Shown here in pieces: positions 30,068 through 40,545 of a stretch of 64,000 bases of DNA; the first letter of the stretch is position 1, and each line of letters begins with the position of its first letter. The notes beneath the pieces were generated by a model. That model worked only from the letters and a program-made list of their open reading frames with translations, was not told the origin of the DNA and did not search any database. The position numbers were made by a program, and so were the translations under genes. The stretch comes from a virus: the IMG/VR virus record IMGVR_UViG_3300042453_003743, positions 32,001 through 96,000 of that record; one strand, written 5' to 3'.

Positions 30068-31051
30068 ATGCCATCAGACAATGACCCCAATCTTGTTATA
30101 GAAACATCAGGTTTTACAGCCGCAGTTGCTACAGATTCTGTAATTTTTTCAGGAACTACTGCTCATTTTCAATTAATTAAACTTGCATATGGTGTAACTG
30201 GCTCTGCAACTGTTGTTTCATCCTCCAACCCACTTCCCGTAAGCGTTGCTGCTGGTATGACAGCCACCATATCCGGCTTCACTGGAACGCTGGCTGTAGA
30301 AGGTGTGATCGGTGGTGAACCCCTTCCAGTAACTGGAACTGTAATAGCAACTGGCGTTACAGCTTCTCCACTTTATGTGTCTCATGTCTCTGGTTCTCCA
30401 GTTGAAGTTACTGGTGGCAGACAATTATCAAAAACAACAGACGCTATCTCTGTATTTGGTCCAGCTGGAAACACATGGATTTACACCAATTTGGTAAATT
30501 CATCAGGTACACAACTCGGAAATACAGCAAATCCGTTGATTGTCCAATTGAGTGGCGCAACAATAAGTGCAACTTTAAGCTCTACCGTTGGAGTCACAAA
30601 TGATAGCGCAACCAGCGGCTTAAGAGTTCAAGGTCTTTCGGGTGGAACCTCTTTAGCGGTTACTGTTGGCAACACAGTTGGAATAAATGATACGGCAATT
30701 TTAAGCTCTTTGAGTGGAATTTCTGCACAACTCAATACATTAAATACCAATCTTTCAACTTTGGGAATTTCAGTCCCATCTACATTTAAAACCGGAAGAG
30801 TGAGTGTAACTTCATCTGCTGTTATTCAAATGGATTCTGTAGGATTTACTTGCGAAAATGGGGTAACTGTGAAGTCTATAAATGCAAATACTAATTTAGT
30901 GTATATGGGAAATACATCTGGATTGGTTGGAAGCTCTTTTGGTTACTCTCTATATGAAGGTGATGAAATTTTCTTAAAATTAAATAATACAAATAAAGTT
31001 TATTTAATATCTTCATCCGGAACACAAATTGTAACATACGCAGCATCATAA
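30068..31051 (+). CDS. Putative virion structural protein, Ser/Thr/Gly-rich
   Basis: HFQLIKLAYG..VSSSNPLPV, GVTVKSINANTNLVYMG; late promoter CTAAATA near 30037. Confidence 0.65.
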   Translation: MPSDNDPNLVIETSGFTAAVATDSVIFSGTTAHFQLIKLAYGVTGSATVVSSSNPLPVSVAAGMTATISGFTGTLAVEGVIGGEPLPVTGTVIATGVTASPLYVSHVSGSPVEVTGGRQLSKTTDAISVFGPAGNTWIYTNLVNSSGTQLGNTANPLIVQLSGATISATLSSTVGVTNDSATSGLRVQGLSGGTSLAVTVGNTVGINDTAILSSLSGISAQLNTLNTNLSTLGISVPSTFKTGRVSVTSSAVIQMDSVGFTCENGVTVKSINANTNLVYMGNTSGLVGSSFGYSLYEGDEIFLKLNNTNKVYLISSSGTQIVTYAAS

Positions 31052-31052
31052 A

Positions 31053-32357
31053 ATGGGATCGTCTTCTTTAAATCAAGTAAGAACCTTATCAAATTATGGT
31101 TTTTATGTATCTGGAAATACTGTAGACCCAATTTTTTCTTTAGGAAAAATTGACACTAAACCAAATGTATCTATCCAAGGATCGTGTTTGTATATTGATT
31201 ATACACACACAACAAACATGTCAGATCTTGTTTACCTTGTTAAAACTTTTAAATCATTTACAGCTGGAGTCACATTTTATGTGCCCCCAGTTCAATATTA
31301 TGATGGATATAACAATATTCAAACTACAATTGGTGGTACTGCCTATTTTACAAAACTTATAGGCGGAAATAAAATTATACTTGGAAACATTATTAGTGGA
31401 TTTACTTCACCTACAAATTACACATTTTTTGATAAACAAAATTTTATTAAAAATATAGAATATAATTTTTCATCGACACAATCTTTGACTGGATACTTTT
31501 TAGTAAATTCCATACCGGGAACCAGCTCAACAAAATTTAAAAATTTAGGTATAATAGGTAGCAGATTTGGATTCGAAGAATACTTGTCCTTTGAGAGTGG
31601 TGGTACTGCTGAAAATTTAGAAAGAATACCAATTGATTGTTATGCTGAATTTAAAGATGGAAGAGAGGCAATATATTTTGAAACAGGGGGCACTGCTCAA
31701 AATTTAATTGAAACATTTTCTCAAATTGGGTTATATATTAGAGGGGACCCAGATTTAATTACAGCACCAAAATCTTCCACCATTCCTGTTGTATTAATAG
31801 TAAAAACAACGTCTACTGCTTCTTTAGTTGCCTGCTATGAAAATCAAAATTTAAATCAAGCATTATTAAGAAAAAATTATTTTGATACTTCAAATACAAC
31901 ACCTTTTTATGCAATAATAGACAATTGCAGTACATGTATCGACGCAAATTATTTCGATCCAGCGCAGGGTACAAAAAGTGATATTGGGGAATTTTTTAAT
32001 ACTTTAATTTATATAAAATTAATTAACCCATCTACAGTCTTCTTATCTACATCTTCTGCACTAAATTTATCAACTACAACTGTCACACCAATTACGAATG
32101 TAAATATTACCAGCACACCTAATACAATAACCAAAATAGATACGAGCCACCCATCCTTAATTGGCTACGATTTGTTAATATATTCCGAACCAACTAGAAC
32201 AACACTTTTAAATACAGATCAATTTGAAAAATTTGGAAAATTTGGTTATATAAATTCTTACGCAATGTTACAAAATTATTTGTCAAATACAACATTGTAT
32301 TGCAGTTTACAAAATTCACAAAGTTCTGCATCAATAAAATTTACCATAAAAGTATAA
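31053..32357 (+). CDS. Putative virion structural protein
   Basis: 434-aa Ser/Thr/Asn-rich beta protein co-transcribed with the previous gene. Confidence 0.6.
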   Translation: MGSSSLNQVRTLSNYGFYVSGNTVDPIFSLGKIDTKPNVSIQGSCLYIDYTHTTNMSDLVYLVKTFKSFTAGVTFYVPPVQYYDGYNNIQTTIGGTAYFTKLIGGNKIILGNIISGFTSPTNYTFFDKQNFIKNIEYNFSSTQSLTGYFLVNSIPGTSSTKFKNLGIIGSRFGFEEYLSFESGGTAENLERIPIDCYAEFKDGREAIYFETGGTAQNLIETFSQIGLYIRGDPDLITAPKSSTIPVVLIVKTTSTASLVACYENQNLNQALLRKNYFDTSNTTPFYAIIDNCSTCIDANYFDPAQGTKSDIGEFFNTLIYIKLINPSTVFLSTSSALNLSTTTVTPITNVNITSTPNTITKIDTSHPSLIGYDLLIYSEPTRTTLLNTDQFEKFGKFGYINSYAMLQNYLSNTTLYCSLQNSQSSASIKFTIKV

Positions 32358-32380
32358 ACTCCCCTTGTGGGGGAGTTTAT
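32354..32380. terminator. Terminator hairpin between convergent genes
   Basis: ATAAACTCCCC-TTGTG-GGGGAGTTTAT. Confidence 0.75.
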
Positions 32381-32401
32381 TACCAAAAATTATTTAATTT
32401 T

Positions 32402-32638
32402 TTAACGACTTCGGTTTCGTACCATTCGGTAGTGCGAGCGACCATTTCGTGTTTCGCGAGTAATGGCGTAGTTCATGTCAAACCGATTAAACGCTTCACG
32501 GAGATCGTGCATCGTTGCACGCATATTTCCTACACGGAAACGCTTCCGTGCCTCTCCAGCCGTTAGGGAAGCCCCTGAACGCATGTAATCAAACACTCTC
32601 TGAATCTTGGTAGGACGATCAACAGTAGTAATTTCCAT
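32402..32638 (-). CDS. Small basic winged-HTH-like DNA-binding protein
   Basis: RVFDYMRSGASLTAGEARKRFRVGNMRATMHDLR; own sigma70 promoter (TTGACA-N17-TATATT) near 32668-32696. Confidence 0.65.
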   Translation of the reverse strand: MEITTVDRPTKIQRVFDYMRSGASLTAGEARKRFRVGNMRATMHDLREAFNRFDMNYAITRETRNGRSHYRMVRNRSR

Positions 32639-32733
32639 AATTTTCCTTTCTTATAAGAAGTTGGTCTAATATACCCCCTATTGCTTGACTGTCAAGTATT
32701 ATCCTAAATAATATGGACTGAGGAGACGCCCCC

Positions 32734-33333
32734 ATGAACAAGCGGAATCGTCAGTTTGTCAGATATGTGAAAAATCACCTGGCAGAATACGGTATGAGCC
32801 TTGTAATTGGCCGTGGAAAATTGGTCAATGTGGGTGGGTATCGTTGTGTGGGATATTTTGACGAGGGCAAAAAAGTCATAAAAATTGCCAAAAAATCAAG
32901 TGATTTTATTTCAACTTTGGTGCACGAATATTGCCATTTTCTCCAATGTATCAACAAATCTAAAATTTTTCAAAAATCAGATGCAGCTGGTATAATGATT
33001 GATGAGTGGTTTAATGGCAAAGATTATCCAGAAAAAAAATTAAAAAGAGCATTTTTTCTGGTACGTGCCATGGAAAGAGATTGTGAAAAACGAGCAGTCA
33101 AAATTATTAAAAAATTTAATTTAGAAATTGACAGTAAGATGTATGCAAAAAAAGCCAACTGTTATATCTACAGCCATTTTATGATGGAAAAAACTCGCAA
33201 GTTTCATTCTTACAAGAAAAGTCCATACCACAGCCCAGTTGTTTTAAAAATTATGCCTTCATCTATGGCAGTTCTTAGCCATAAAAGCATACCACCAAAA
33301 ATTTATTCTATGCTTGAATCATTCACCATTTAA
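32734..33333 (+). CDS. Zn-metallopeptidase-like protein (HExxH)
   Basis: TLVHEYCHFLQ with downstream MERDCE; late promoter upstream. Confidence 0.7.
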   Translation: MNKRNRQFVRYVKNHLAEYGMSLVIGRGKLVNVGGYRCVGYFDEGKKVIKIAKKSSDFISTLVHEYCHFLQCINKSKIFQKSDAAGIMIDEWFNGKDYPEKKLKRAFFLVRAMERDCEKRAVKIIKKFNLEIDSKMYAKKANCYIYSHFMMEKTRKFHSYKKSPYHSPVVLKIMPSSMAVLSHKSIPPKIYSMLESFTI

Positions 33334-33666
33334 TGGTGGATGTTCTGTCATAAATTTTTTAAATGGTTGATCTCCATAAGGCCATCTGTCATTTTTATCC
33401 ATAAATTTGTAATAAACTAAAGACTCCAGATGATCTGAAAGCATTTTCAGAGTTGTGTCGTCTATATTCCATTTTACATTGTCCTCTTCGTTTATAGCCG
33501 GGGCGTCTGCAGCATTGTGTTCTGCAACCGCAAGATCAGCAATTTTTGCAAGATTACCAAGAATTTCTAAGGACTTAGCGCACTGAAAAAAAAGATCCTT
33601 GCTAACAGGATCTTCTTCTTTGCGAGCTAAGTTACGAATTTCGTAAACTAACTCTGAAATTTTCAT
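33319..33666 (-). CDS. Hypothetical protein
   Basis: ORF from MKISELV. Confidence 0.6.
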   Translation of the reverse strand: MKISELVYEIRNLARKEEDPVSKDLFFQCAKSLEILGNLAKIADLAVAEHNAADAPAINEEDNVKWNIDDTTLKMLSDHLESLVYYKFMDKNDRWPYGDQPFKKFMTEHPPLNGE

Positions 33667-33676
33667 AAATGTCTCC

Positions 33677-34036
33677 TTACGACAGTGTGAGGAGATACTT
33701 GGTTTGTTGAACGGAAGCAAGCATCTCATCACGTATATTTAACAGAGCTGTTTCTCCCGCAAGTTCATTTTCTACTTCATTTTTTAGATATTCTTCGAAT
33801 GAATTTAATACGTTCATTATGTTTATCTTAGTTGCCCCATTAAAAACAAGATTTTTTATCTCATTTACTTCGCCCCGACCCTTTATTCCAATATAGGTCT
33901 CGGCAAAAGTATCTAAAAGAACATCAAGAGTTTCATATAACTTTCCTAGAGCCATGTGTTGTGCGTATGAAGTTGTACTCCAGTGATGTAATTTTATTTC
34001 AATTTGAAAATTTAATATTTTTTGTATGCAACTCAT
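33677..34036 (-). CDS. Ferritin/Dps-like four-helix protein
   Basis: KLHHWSTTSYAQHMALGKLYE..DTFAETYIG, LLNIRDEML...YLLTL. Confidence 0.8.
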   Translation of the reverse strand: MSCIQKILNFQIEIKLHHWSTTSYAQHMALGKLYETLDVLLDTFAETYIGIKGRGEVNEIKNLVFNGATKINIMNVLNSFEEYLKNEVENELAGETALLNIRDEMLASVQQTKYLLTLS

Positions 34037-34731
34037 GTTATTCCTTTTTGTTCTTCTATAGTATTTACAATTGCTTCGGCAGCACCCTTTATAGAATTCA
34101 AAGCGTCTTTTGCATTAAATCCTGTTCCTGAAGATTTTCCAAATTTTTTAATTGGGCACTCAAAAGAAGGCATCCACAATTTATTTGTAAGTGCAGCTCT
34201 TGGATTTCTAGAACTGCAACCACATTTTGTACACCAACCAAGTTCTTCTTGATTAGGTTTTGGGTTGGTTTTATTTGGGCATTCTTTACATATATTTTTT
34301 CTTTCTTCATATACTTCAAGAGAAACTTTTCCACTAAAAAGCTGAGAGCCTTCAGCCTTTCCATAAGAAACTGCTTTTTGTAAAAACGACTGTTTGTTAT
34401 CTTCGTTGTCTTCAATATTTTGATTATTTAAATTTTTTTCACTTTGGTTAATCAAATTTACTGAAGGGTTGAAAACATTTGTCTGTGGAAATTTTTTTCT
34501 TAAATCTTGTATAGAACTTTGTATAGTTTGCCCTATATTCGATTCACCTATTTCTTCTCTAAGGTTGCATTCACTGCATTTTTTTATATTTGTTTCTTCT
34601 TTTTTTAATAAACAATAATCAGAACAACTTTTATTTAAAGACCAGTGAGCACAATTTATTTTATTTTTAAAAATATTTCTGTTGTATAAACAACGTTCAA
34701 ATTGATTTAAAGATATATTACCCTTTATCAT
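34033..34731 (-). CDS. Cys-rich protein (CxxC, CxxCGC...KL...CP)
   Basis: ICKECP, WCTKCGC, NKLWMPSFECPIKKF; coupled to the 1285-aa gene. Confidence 0.7.
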   Translation of the reverse strand: MIKGNISLNQFERCLYNRNIFKNKINCAHWSLNKSCSDYCLLKKEETNIKKCSECNLREEIGESNIGQTIQSSIQDLRKKFPQTNVFNPSVNLINQSEKNLNNQNIEDNEDNKQSFLQKAVSYGKAEGSQLFSGKVSLEVYEERKNICKECPNKTNPKPNQEELGWCTKCGCSSRNPRAALTNKLWMPSFECPIKKFGKSSGTGFNAKDALNSIKGAAEAIVNTIEEQKGIT

Positions 34732-37700
34732 TTGCTTGGTCCTTTTGCATTTATTATAATATGACTTCTGTTTATTGCAAATGAATTTCTATTGGGATTT
34801 GGCTGGTACGTAGTATCGAAAGGCAAAAATCCTTCTCCAGCCGAACCTTCGTGAACTTGATATTTTGACAATTTTATTGTTAAACTTGGATTAAGAGGAC
34901 TAGACTGACCACATTCGCTTGAACAAACTTGATCAGCCCAATTCAAAATTGGAATATTTGAACCTAACGGATTTTCGCAATTAATTGTTCCTTGTGTCCA
35001 CCATATATGTTTATCCCAATCTTTTAAAGATGTACGATCAGCTTGACCCGATTCGCAATTACTATAATCTGATTCTGTTTTTATTTCTAATGATTCTATA
35101 AAATTTGGTGTTTGCAGTTTATTTTCTAAAGTTCTTTCTTGACATACTTTTTTTCTCCAATTTATAAATGTTGGTTGAAAACCCCAACCATAAGGAGTCC
35201 CATAGGGACCACATATTTTAAAGTTATAATTGTATGAACAATTATCTGGGCAGTCCCCAGTTGGATTTACTCTTTGTAACATACAATCTTTAGCAGGCCC
35301 ACTATATTTTTGACAAGAATTTTGATTGGCTTCTAAGAGTTCTGTTCCAAAACATCCACAAGAATGAAATTCTTGACAGAGTTCGTCCATGCAATCGTAT
35401 GTTGCTGTAGAATTGCTTCCAAGAGAAGCAAGATATATTCTTTCGGTATCCATTCCAAAATATTGTAGTGGAGCTTCGGCACAAGTGTATTCCAAGCAAG
35501 TTGAACCAACTTCACCTCTTGCTATATTGTCTGAATTGCCACAGTCTTCACAAAACTTTGACATGCCTGGTCTGTTATTTTCTCCTATTATATTGTCTCC
35601 ACATGTCCAGAAACCAGTCCAATGTCGCGAACCATCACCACCTGGTTGGTTTTCCATCTGTGGATTTCCTTCACATGTTTGTTCTTCTTTACTTCCTTCA
35701 CAAATTTTATAATTTTCTAATCTGCATTTTGAGCAACGGCAACCTCCCGGACACTCGGGACAGTATGGGACGCAACCCGGTGCGTCTTGGTCAAAACAAC
35801 AAGGATCTGCGCCCCCATAAGTGCCCAAACCGTTTCCTTCTTCATCTACATCTTCTGAATAGCAAGGTCTTGTTCTTGTTACTATACTTCCTGACTGGTC
35901 AACATATGTTGTCCCTTCCAGATCTTTATCAAAACAATCATATGGGCAAGGTATTGAATTACCACATGGTGCTGGTTCATCAATGTCATCACATTCTTGG
36001 TCCTCCTCTCCGCATAAACAAGTGTCGCATAAAGACACACATAAACCTTTTGGCGAACTTCCTGGAAATGGAGATTCATTAAATACAGCATTAACATTTC
36101 TGTCATAAGTGTCTCTTCTATATGATTCGGAATCGTATCTCTGCGCACAAGCACCCGAAATCCACTCGCAAGACATTTCTCCATATAGAGGGTCAAAACA
36201 ATCATGAGGTTCAAACCCTCTTTGTACTCGGTCTCTTGCTTCTCTGGTGTGCAGTTCATCAACCTCTACACCAATGTAAACATTTCTATATCTAGATCCT
36301 CTAGTAAAAACAAGCATGGGAGAACTTCTCATACCAGATGCTACTGGTATATCTCCAGCAGCTCCCAACCATCTTTGACCATGCTCTTTGATTACAGAAA
36401 TTAAATTTCCTGGATTAATAAATCTTTGTTCGTCTTCAAACCATATCGAATAAGGACAGGACCCGGACCCTATGTAGGGTATAATTTTATTTGTAAGACC
36501 ATCAGTACAATCTTCTTCAAAAAACATAGGTTTATTGTAGTCTGTCCTGTTAGCAGCGGCACATTTATTTACTGCATCTGGTATGGGCAAGTTTGCTTGG
36601 TGAACAATTAACTTAGCACCTTTTTGTGATTTTGTTGTTCCTCCAATTTTTTCGGAACAACCCGAACACCTACAAGCTGTAAGCGCTGGGTTACAACCAC
36701 AAATAATGCAATTCATCTCTTCGGTTTTTACTTGTACATCCAAAACAATAGGGCCGCGTTCTGCAAATGAAATTTTTCCTCCATAACCGTTTGTCATGCA
36801 TGGAGCAAAAGGATCCGTTGGATATGGATCAGCACAATATCCTTCTTCAGTTAAAATTTTGCAACCAGTCACACAATCATCGCAAGATGATGGCAATATT
36901 CTTTCATATCTACCAGAAGATCCTGTGCTACCAGTTGAACCTGTGCCACCAGTAGCGCACGGGTAATGGGCTTCTAAACATCCGGTTGAGCCAGTTGGAC
37001 CAGTTGAGCCAGTTGAACCCGTATTACCTGTATTTCCAGTTGTTCCGGTCGTTCGTGTTCTGTAGCCGGATGGACAATCACATCCTAAACTTGCAAAATG
37101 GGTTTCTACTAATTTTTGTTTTAAAGATATTCTAAATTTTTTTTCTTGTGGAGTTCCAGCATTAAATTTTTTTTCTAAATTATTTACCGTTACATCCCAA
37201 TCTCTAAAAACTCTCCAAACTTTTCCCTGATCCAAATCCGAGTGATCCAAAGTAAATAAAACTCGTAAAGCATTTGTTGGAGTTTTGTTTATCCAAACAC
37301 CATCGTCTTGTGGGCCACCTGACCATTCAAATCCAGCAGCTTCAAGTGCTTCAATTTCGCCAGAAACTGCTTCACAATCCATACCAAATGACCATTCACC
37401 AAAACTTCTTCCCTGTTCACTATAAGTTGGTCTACAAAAATCTCCATAAATACCGACACCCTCACCAAAACTATAATCTAAGGGTATGTCACCACTTGCT
37501 CTAAAAAATTTAGTAGGAACGACTACATGGATGCTAAATTTTCTATCTGGAGCCCCTGACCCACTTTGATCTGAAACATCCCACTCAGGTGTCGTGTATC
37601 TGTTTGCTGGATCCCACCAGCAAAAAAACTTTCTTTTAGAATCATCTGTTTCGTAATTTGATAACTTTCCACAAGCTTTCGGTACATCCTCCCAACCATA

Positions 37701-38585
37701 TGGTGTTCCATTTGGATCAAGCTCATAGCAAATTTCATCTCTAGAACAATAGGATCTTAAACATCTATCGGGATTCTTACACGGATAATCTGGATCTTCT
37801 TCTTCTTCTTCGCCACCCCCACCTAAAATAGGTCCCCCACTATCTGGATCACAAGTATCACCGGACAAACTGTTTGGTACGGCATATTTAAATCTATACG
37901 GCCACGGGCCTCTCGGCATTTTTGCAAAACTTTGATTGCATTCACTAAACCCTAATAAATCAACAAACGCATAACATTCTGTCAATTCTTCCCAAGTAAT
38001 TTTTTCATTTCCACCCACGTGGTAAGAACCAACAGCATCTGGATGTGCTCTTAAATTTTTTGTTTTTCCATTTACATCAACATCTATAACTGTTTGATAT
38101 GACGATCCATTAAATTTTTCAATTTTTAAATTAAAAAGTATATCAAAAAACGAATCACTATCGTTTTCGATATTTGTCATATTAATACCATTAAACCAAC
38201 ATGGATAAATTTCTCCATAATAGTCGGCTGTTCCCCAAGCATATCTTTTTTGATTCAACGCTTCAGATGGTGTTCTAAAATTTACATACGTATCTGGATT
38301 TTTTACATTATTGCATGGCCAACAAGAATTTTCATCATAAGTTCCATATCCAATTGCTGTTGCTAATGTTCCGTCTTGAGAACATATAGTGTAAGTCATC
38401 ACGTGACCTACACTCGGTATTTCAGTTGTCAGTGTTCCAATTGGATTCCAATTTGGTTGCGCACACTGTTCTAAATTTCCCTCATTTGCAAAATAATCAT
38501 TTTGGTTGTACCAGTTGTACCCACTAAAATCATGGTCACACCAACCTTCTTTTTCTACATCACAACAACACGCTTTTTTAGGCAT
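34728..38585 (-). CDS. Large Cys-rich protein with CCC N-terminus and G-x-T repeats (putative fibre/adhesin)
   Basis: 1285 aa, MPKKACCC, dense Cys clusters, TGTTGNTGNTGSTGSTGPTGSTG; late promoter TATAAATA near 38604-38611. Confidence 0.7.
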   Translation of the reverse strand: MPKKACCCDVEKEGWCDHDFSGYNWYNQNDYFANEGNLEQCAQPNWNPIGTLTTEIPSVGHVMTYTICSQDGTLATAIGYGTYDENSCWPCNNVKNPDTYVNFRTPSEALNQKRYAWGTADYYGEIYPCWFNGINMTNIENDSDSFFDILFNLKIEKFNGSSYQTVIDVDVNGKTKNLRAHPDAVGSYHVGGNEKITWEELTECYAFVDLLGFSECNQSFAKMPRGPWPYRFKYAVPNSLSGDTCDPDSGGPILGGGGEEEEEDPDYPCKNPDRCLRSYCSRDEICYELDPNGTPYGWEDVPKACGKLSNYETDDSKRKFFCWWDPANRYTTPEWDVSDQSGSGAPDRKFSIHVVVPTKFFRASGDIPLDYSFGEGVGIYGDFCRPTYSEQGRSFGEWSFGMDCEAVSGEIEALEAAGFEWSGGPQDDGVWINKTPTNALRVLFTLDHSDLDQGKVWRVFRDWDVTVNNLEKKFNAGTPQEKKFRISLKQKLVETHFASLGCDCPSGYRTRTTGTTGNTGNTGSTGSTGPTGSTGCLEAHYPCATGGTGSTGSTGSSGRYERILPSSCDDCVTGCKILTEEGYCADPYPTDPFAPCMTNGYGGKISFAERGPIVLDVQVKTEEMNCIICGCNPALTACRCSGCSEKIGGTTKSQKGAKLIVHQANLPIPDAVNKCAAANRTDYNKPMFFEEDCTDGLTNKIIPYIGSGSCPYSIWFEDEQRFINPGNLISVIKEHGQRWLGAAGDIPVASGMRSSPMLVFTRGSRYRNVYIGVEVDELHTREARDRVQRGFEPHDCFDPLYGEMSCEWISGACAQRYDSESYRRDTYDRNVNAVFNESPFPGSSPKGLCVSLCDTCLCGEEDQECDDIDEPAPCGNSIPCPYDCFDKDLEGTTYVDQSGSIVTRTRPCYSEDVDEEGNGLGTYGGADPCCFDQDAPGCVPYCPECPGGCRCSKCRLENYKICEGSKEEQTCEGNPQMENQPGGDGSRHWTGFWTCGDNIIGENNRPGMSKFCEDCGNSDNIARGEVGSTCLEYTCAEAPLQYFGMDTERIYLASLGSNSTATYDCMDELCQEFHSCGCFGTELLEANQNSCQKYSGPAKDCMLQRVNPTGDCPDNCSYNYNFKICGPYGTPYGWGFQPTFINWRKKVCQERTLENKLQTPNFIESLEIKTESDYSNCESGQADRTSLKDWDKHIWWTQGTINCENPLGSNIPILNWADQVCSSECGQSSPLNPSLTIKLSKYQVHEGSAGEGFLPFDTTYQPNPNRNSFAINRSHIIINAKGPSK

Positions 38586-38615
38586 AAGTCACTTTCTCGT
38601 TATATATTTATATTA

Positions 38616-39542
38616 TTATGTCAGGGGAGTCGGATCTAATTTATACGGTCTCGCATCATCTAAACCAAGTAAATTTGTAGTTGATGGGTCTGTTCCTACG
38701 CCACCCTGGGCAAAAGAAAGAGGAGAATTTGCATAATTTATAAAATAATTATCTGCTGTTTTTCCGGGGGGCGTAGGCGTAATTGTTAATCTTCTAGGTA
38801 TTGTATACCACGGTGGATTTGCGTCTAAAGTTATAGTTGTACCAAAACCAATACCATTATTGGGTGTGGCGGGATTTTCAATTACTATATCATTTCCACC
38901 TAAAGTCATTCCTGTCCCGATACCAACCCCTGCCGCTATCTCATATGTAAATCCAATAGCAAAGTGCATTCGCCATACAATTTCTTTTTCATTTCCGGGA
39001 TTGTTGTTTACTATGTAATAGCGATACAATCCATTAAAACTGGTATCTGGGGCAGCATCTCCCATTTTTAACCCCATGCAAAATCCATAATTATTTGGAA
39101 AACCAAATGTACTCCCGGGTCTGGGTGAACTTGAAAGTGTTCCAACAGTCCCACCCTGAGTGAACTTTCCAGCAGTTACAATTTCTTCTCTCGTTGTGCT
39201 GTCGTCCGACGGCGTGCTGGATTGGTCAACCAATTTGTAATATAAAGTTAAACCTGCAGTAGAAAGTTGCGCTACTGTTTTTGGATTTGTTGTTGCTTCT
39301 TCAAGTGTTAGTGTTAATGTAGCAACTTTAGAAGGAAACCCATCTGCCGATGACGGTGGAACTCTTTTGTATGCTGGTGTCCAAGATACCAAATTTGCAG
39401 TACCATTTCCAAATGGTGGTAAGTGCATGTATAGATCATTGACTCTTTGCTGGTAATAAACCGAACTAGTATTATATTCGCCAGCAGTTCCGTTTAATTT
39501 AGTTCCTCTTTGTGAGGGAGTTCCAAAATTTTTATAAGTCAT
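38616..39542 (-). CDS. Putative virion protein
   Basis: 308-aa Thr/Gly/Pro-rich ORF in a late operon. Confidence 0.6.
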   Translation of the reverse strand: MTYKNFGTPSQRGTKLNGTAGEYNTSSVYYQQRVNDLYMHLPPFGNGTANLVSWTPAYKRVPPSSADGFPSKVATLTLTLEEATTNPKTVAQLSTAGLTLYYKLVDQSSTPSDDSTTREEIVTAGKFTQGGTVGTLSSSPRPGSTFGFPNNYGFCMGLKMGDAAPDTSFNGLYRYYIVNNNPGNEKEIVWRMHFAIGFTYEIAAGVGIGTGMTLGGNDIVIENPATPNNGIGFGTTITLDANPPWYTIPRRLTITPTPPGKTADNYFINYANSPLSFAQGGVGTDPSTTNLLGLDDARPYKLDPTPLT

Positions 39543-39865
39543 TGTTCGTTTCCTTCATCATACACGAATGTATATTTTGTGAGCTCCACATTTGATGTTT
39601 TATTCATCAATGTTAATGAAAAATTTTCTTGCAAACCATTAAAAACTACCTGCAAACCAAAATAAATTGGACTGTTTATTTCATAATCCTGATTAAATGA
39701 TAACATTTCATCATTTTTTATCAAAAAAACATCAACACCCAATGCATTTAAATCTTTTTCTATTCCCATTAAAAATGTTTCATTAAGTTCGTTTCCAGTA
39801 AATTTTACTGTAAATAAACTTTGATTAGAACTATTATAATTGTAAGATGTGGGGCAGTATTCCAT
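39539..39865 (-). CDS. Hypothetical protein
   Basis: 108-aa ORF, stop/start overlap. Confidence 0.6.
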   Translation of the reverse strand: MEYCPTSYNYNSSNQSLFTVKFTGNELNETFLMGIEKDLNALGVDVFLIKNDEMLSFNQDYEINSPIYFGLQVVFNGLQENFSLTLMNKTSNVELTKYTFVYDEGNEQ

Positions 39866-39880
39866 TTATTTTATAATTTT

Positions 39881-40528
39881 TTAAACATTAACATCTACTC
39901 TAAATTTAGCAATAACTTCATTATTATTTGACTTATTTACTATATTTATAGTAGGATCGGCGGTGTTTCCCCATGAAGCGTAATCATCTAAAGCTCTAAT
40001 CCTTAAACGAAGTCCGGTGGGACCAATGGTTAAGTTGTCAAATGGTAAATCGGTAGTATCAGTTATAATTGTATATGTGCTATTATTTGTGGTGTAAGCG
40101 AATTCATATTGATTTACACCAGAAAATGATACTCCAGTTAAACCATAAAAAAGGCTAAATCCAATGGATAGCGGGCAGTTATTTCCGCTCAGGGTGGTAT
40201 TTGCATCCGGAAAAGATTCAACATCATTTTCAAGTGGCTCATCAAATGTTAAAATTTCTTCATTTCCAGAATTGTAAATGTCAGTTTGATAAACACAAAC
40301 AATTCTTGAACCATCATCACCGCCAAGAGTTTCATAACCAATCAAAAGCAGATCTTGCATAGAAATATTGGGCAAACGAAAACCATTGTTTACGTTCACC
40401 CAAGATTCCTGAAGATCATCCCATTGGAATGGTCCCATTGCTGTATTAATTATTTTTCCACCAGTTTTTGAAGGTAACCCAGATTGCATTCCTTCAAAAA
40501 ATGTATTCATTGTCTTTTTTACGCCCAT
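39881..40528 (-). CDS. Putative virion protein
   Basis: 215 aa; late promoter ATAAATA near 40542-40548. Confidence 0.6.
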   Translation of the reverse strand: MGVKKTMNTFFEGMQSGLPSKTGGKIINTAMGPFQWDDLQESWVNVNNGFRLPNISMQDLLLIGYETLGGDDGSRIVCVYQTDIYNSGNEEILTFDEPLENDVESFPDANTTLSGNNCPLSIGFSLFYGLTGVSFSGVNQYEFAYTTNNSTYTIITDTTDLPFDNLTIGPTGLRLRIRALDDYASWGNTADPTINIVNKSNNNEVIAKFRVDVNV

Positions 40529-40545
40529 GATTTCCTCGCAAATAT

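Noticed and set aside
34728-38585. Diversity-generating retroelement target
   Set aside because: No reverse transcriptase and no template/variable repeat pair visible in the window.
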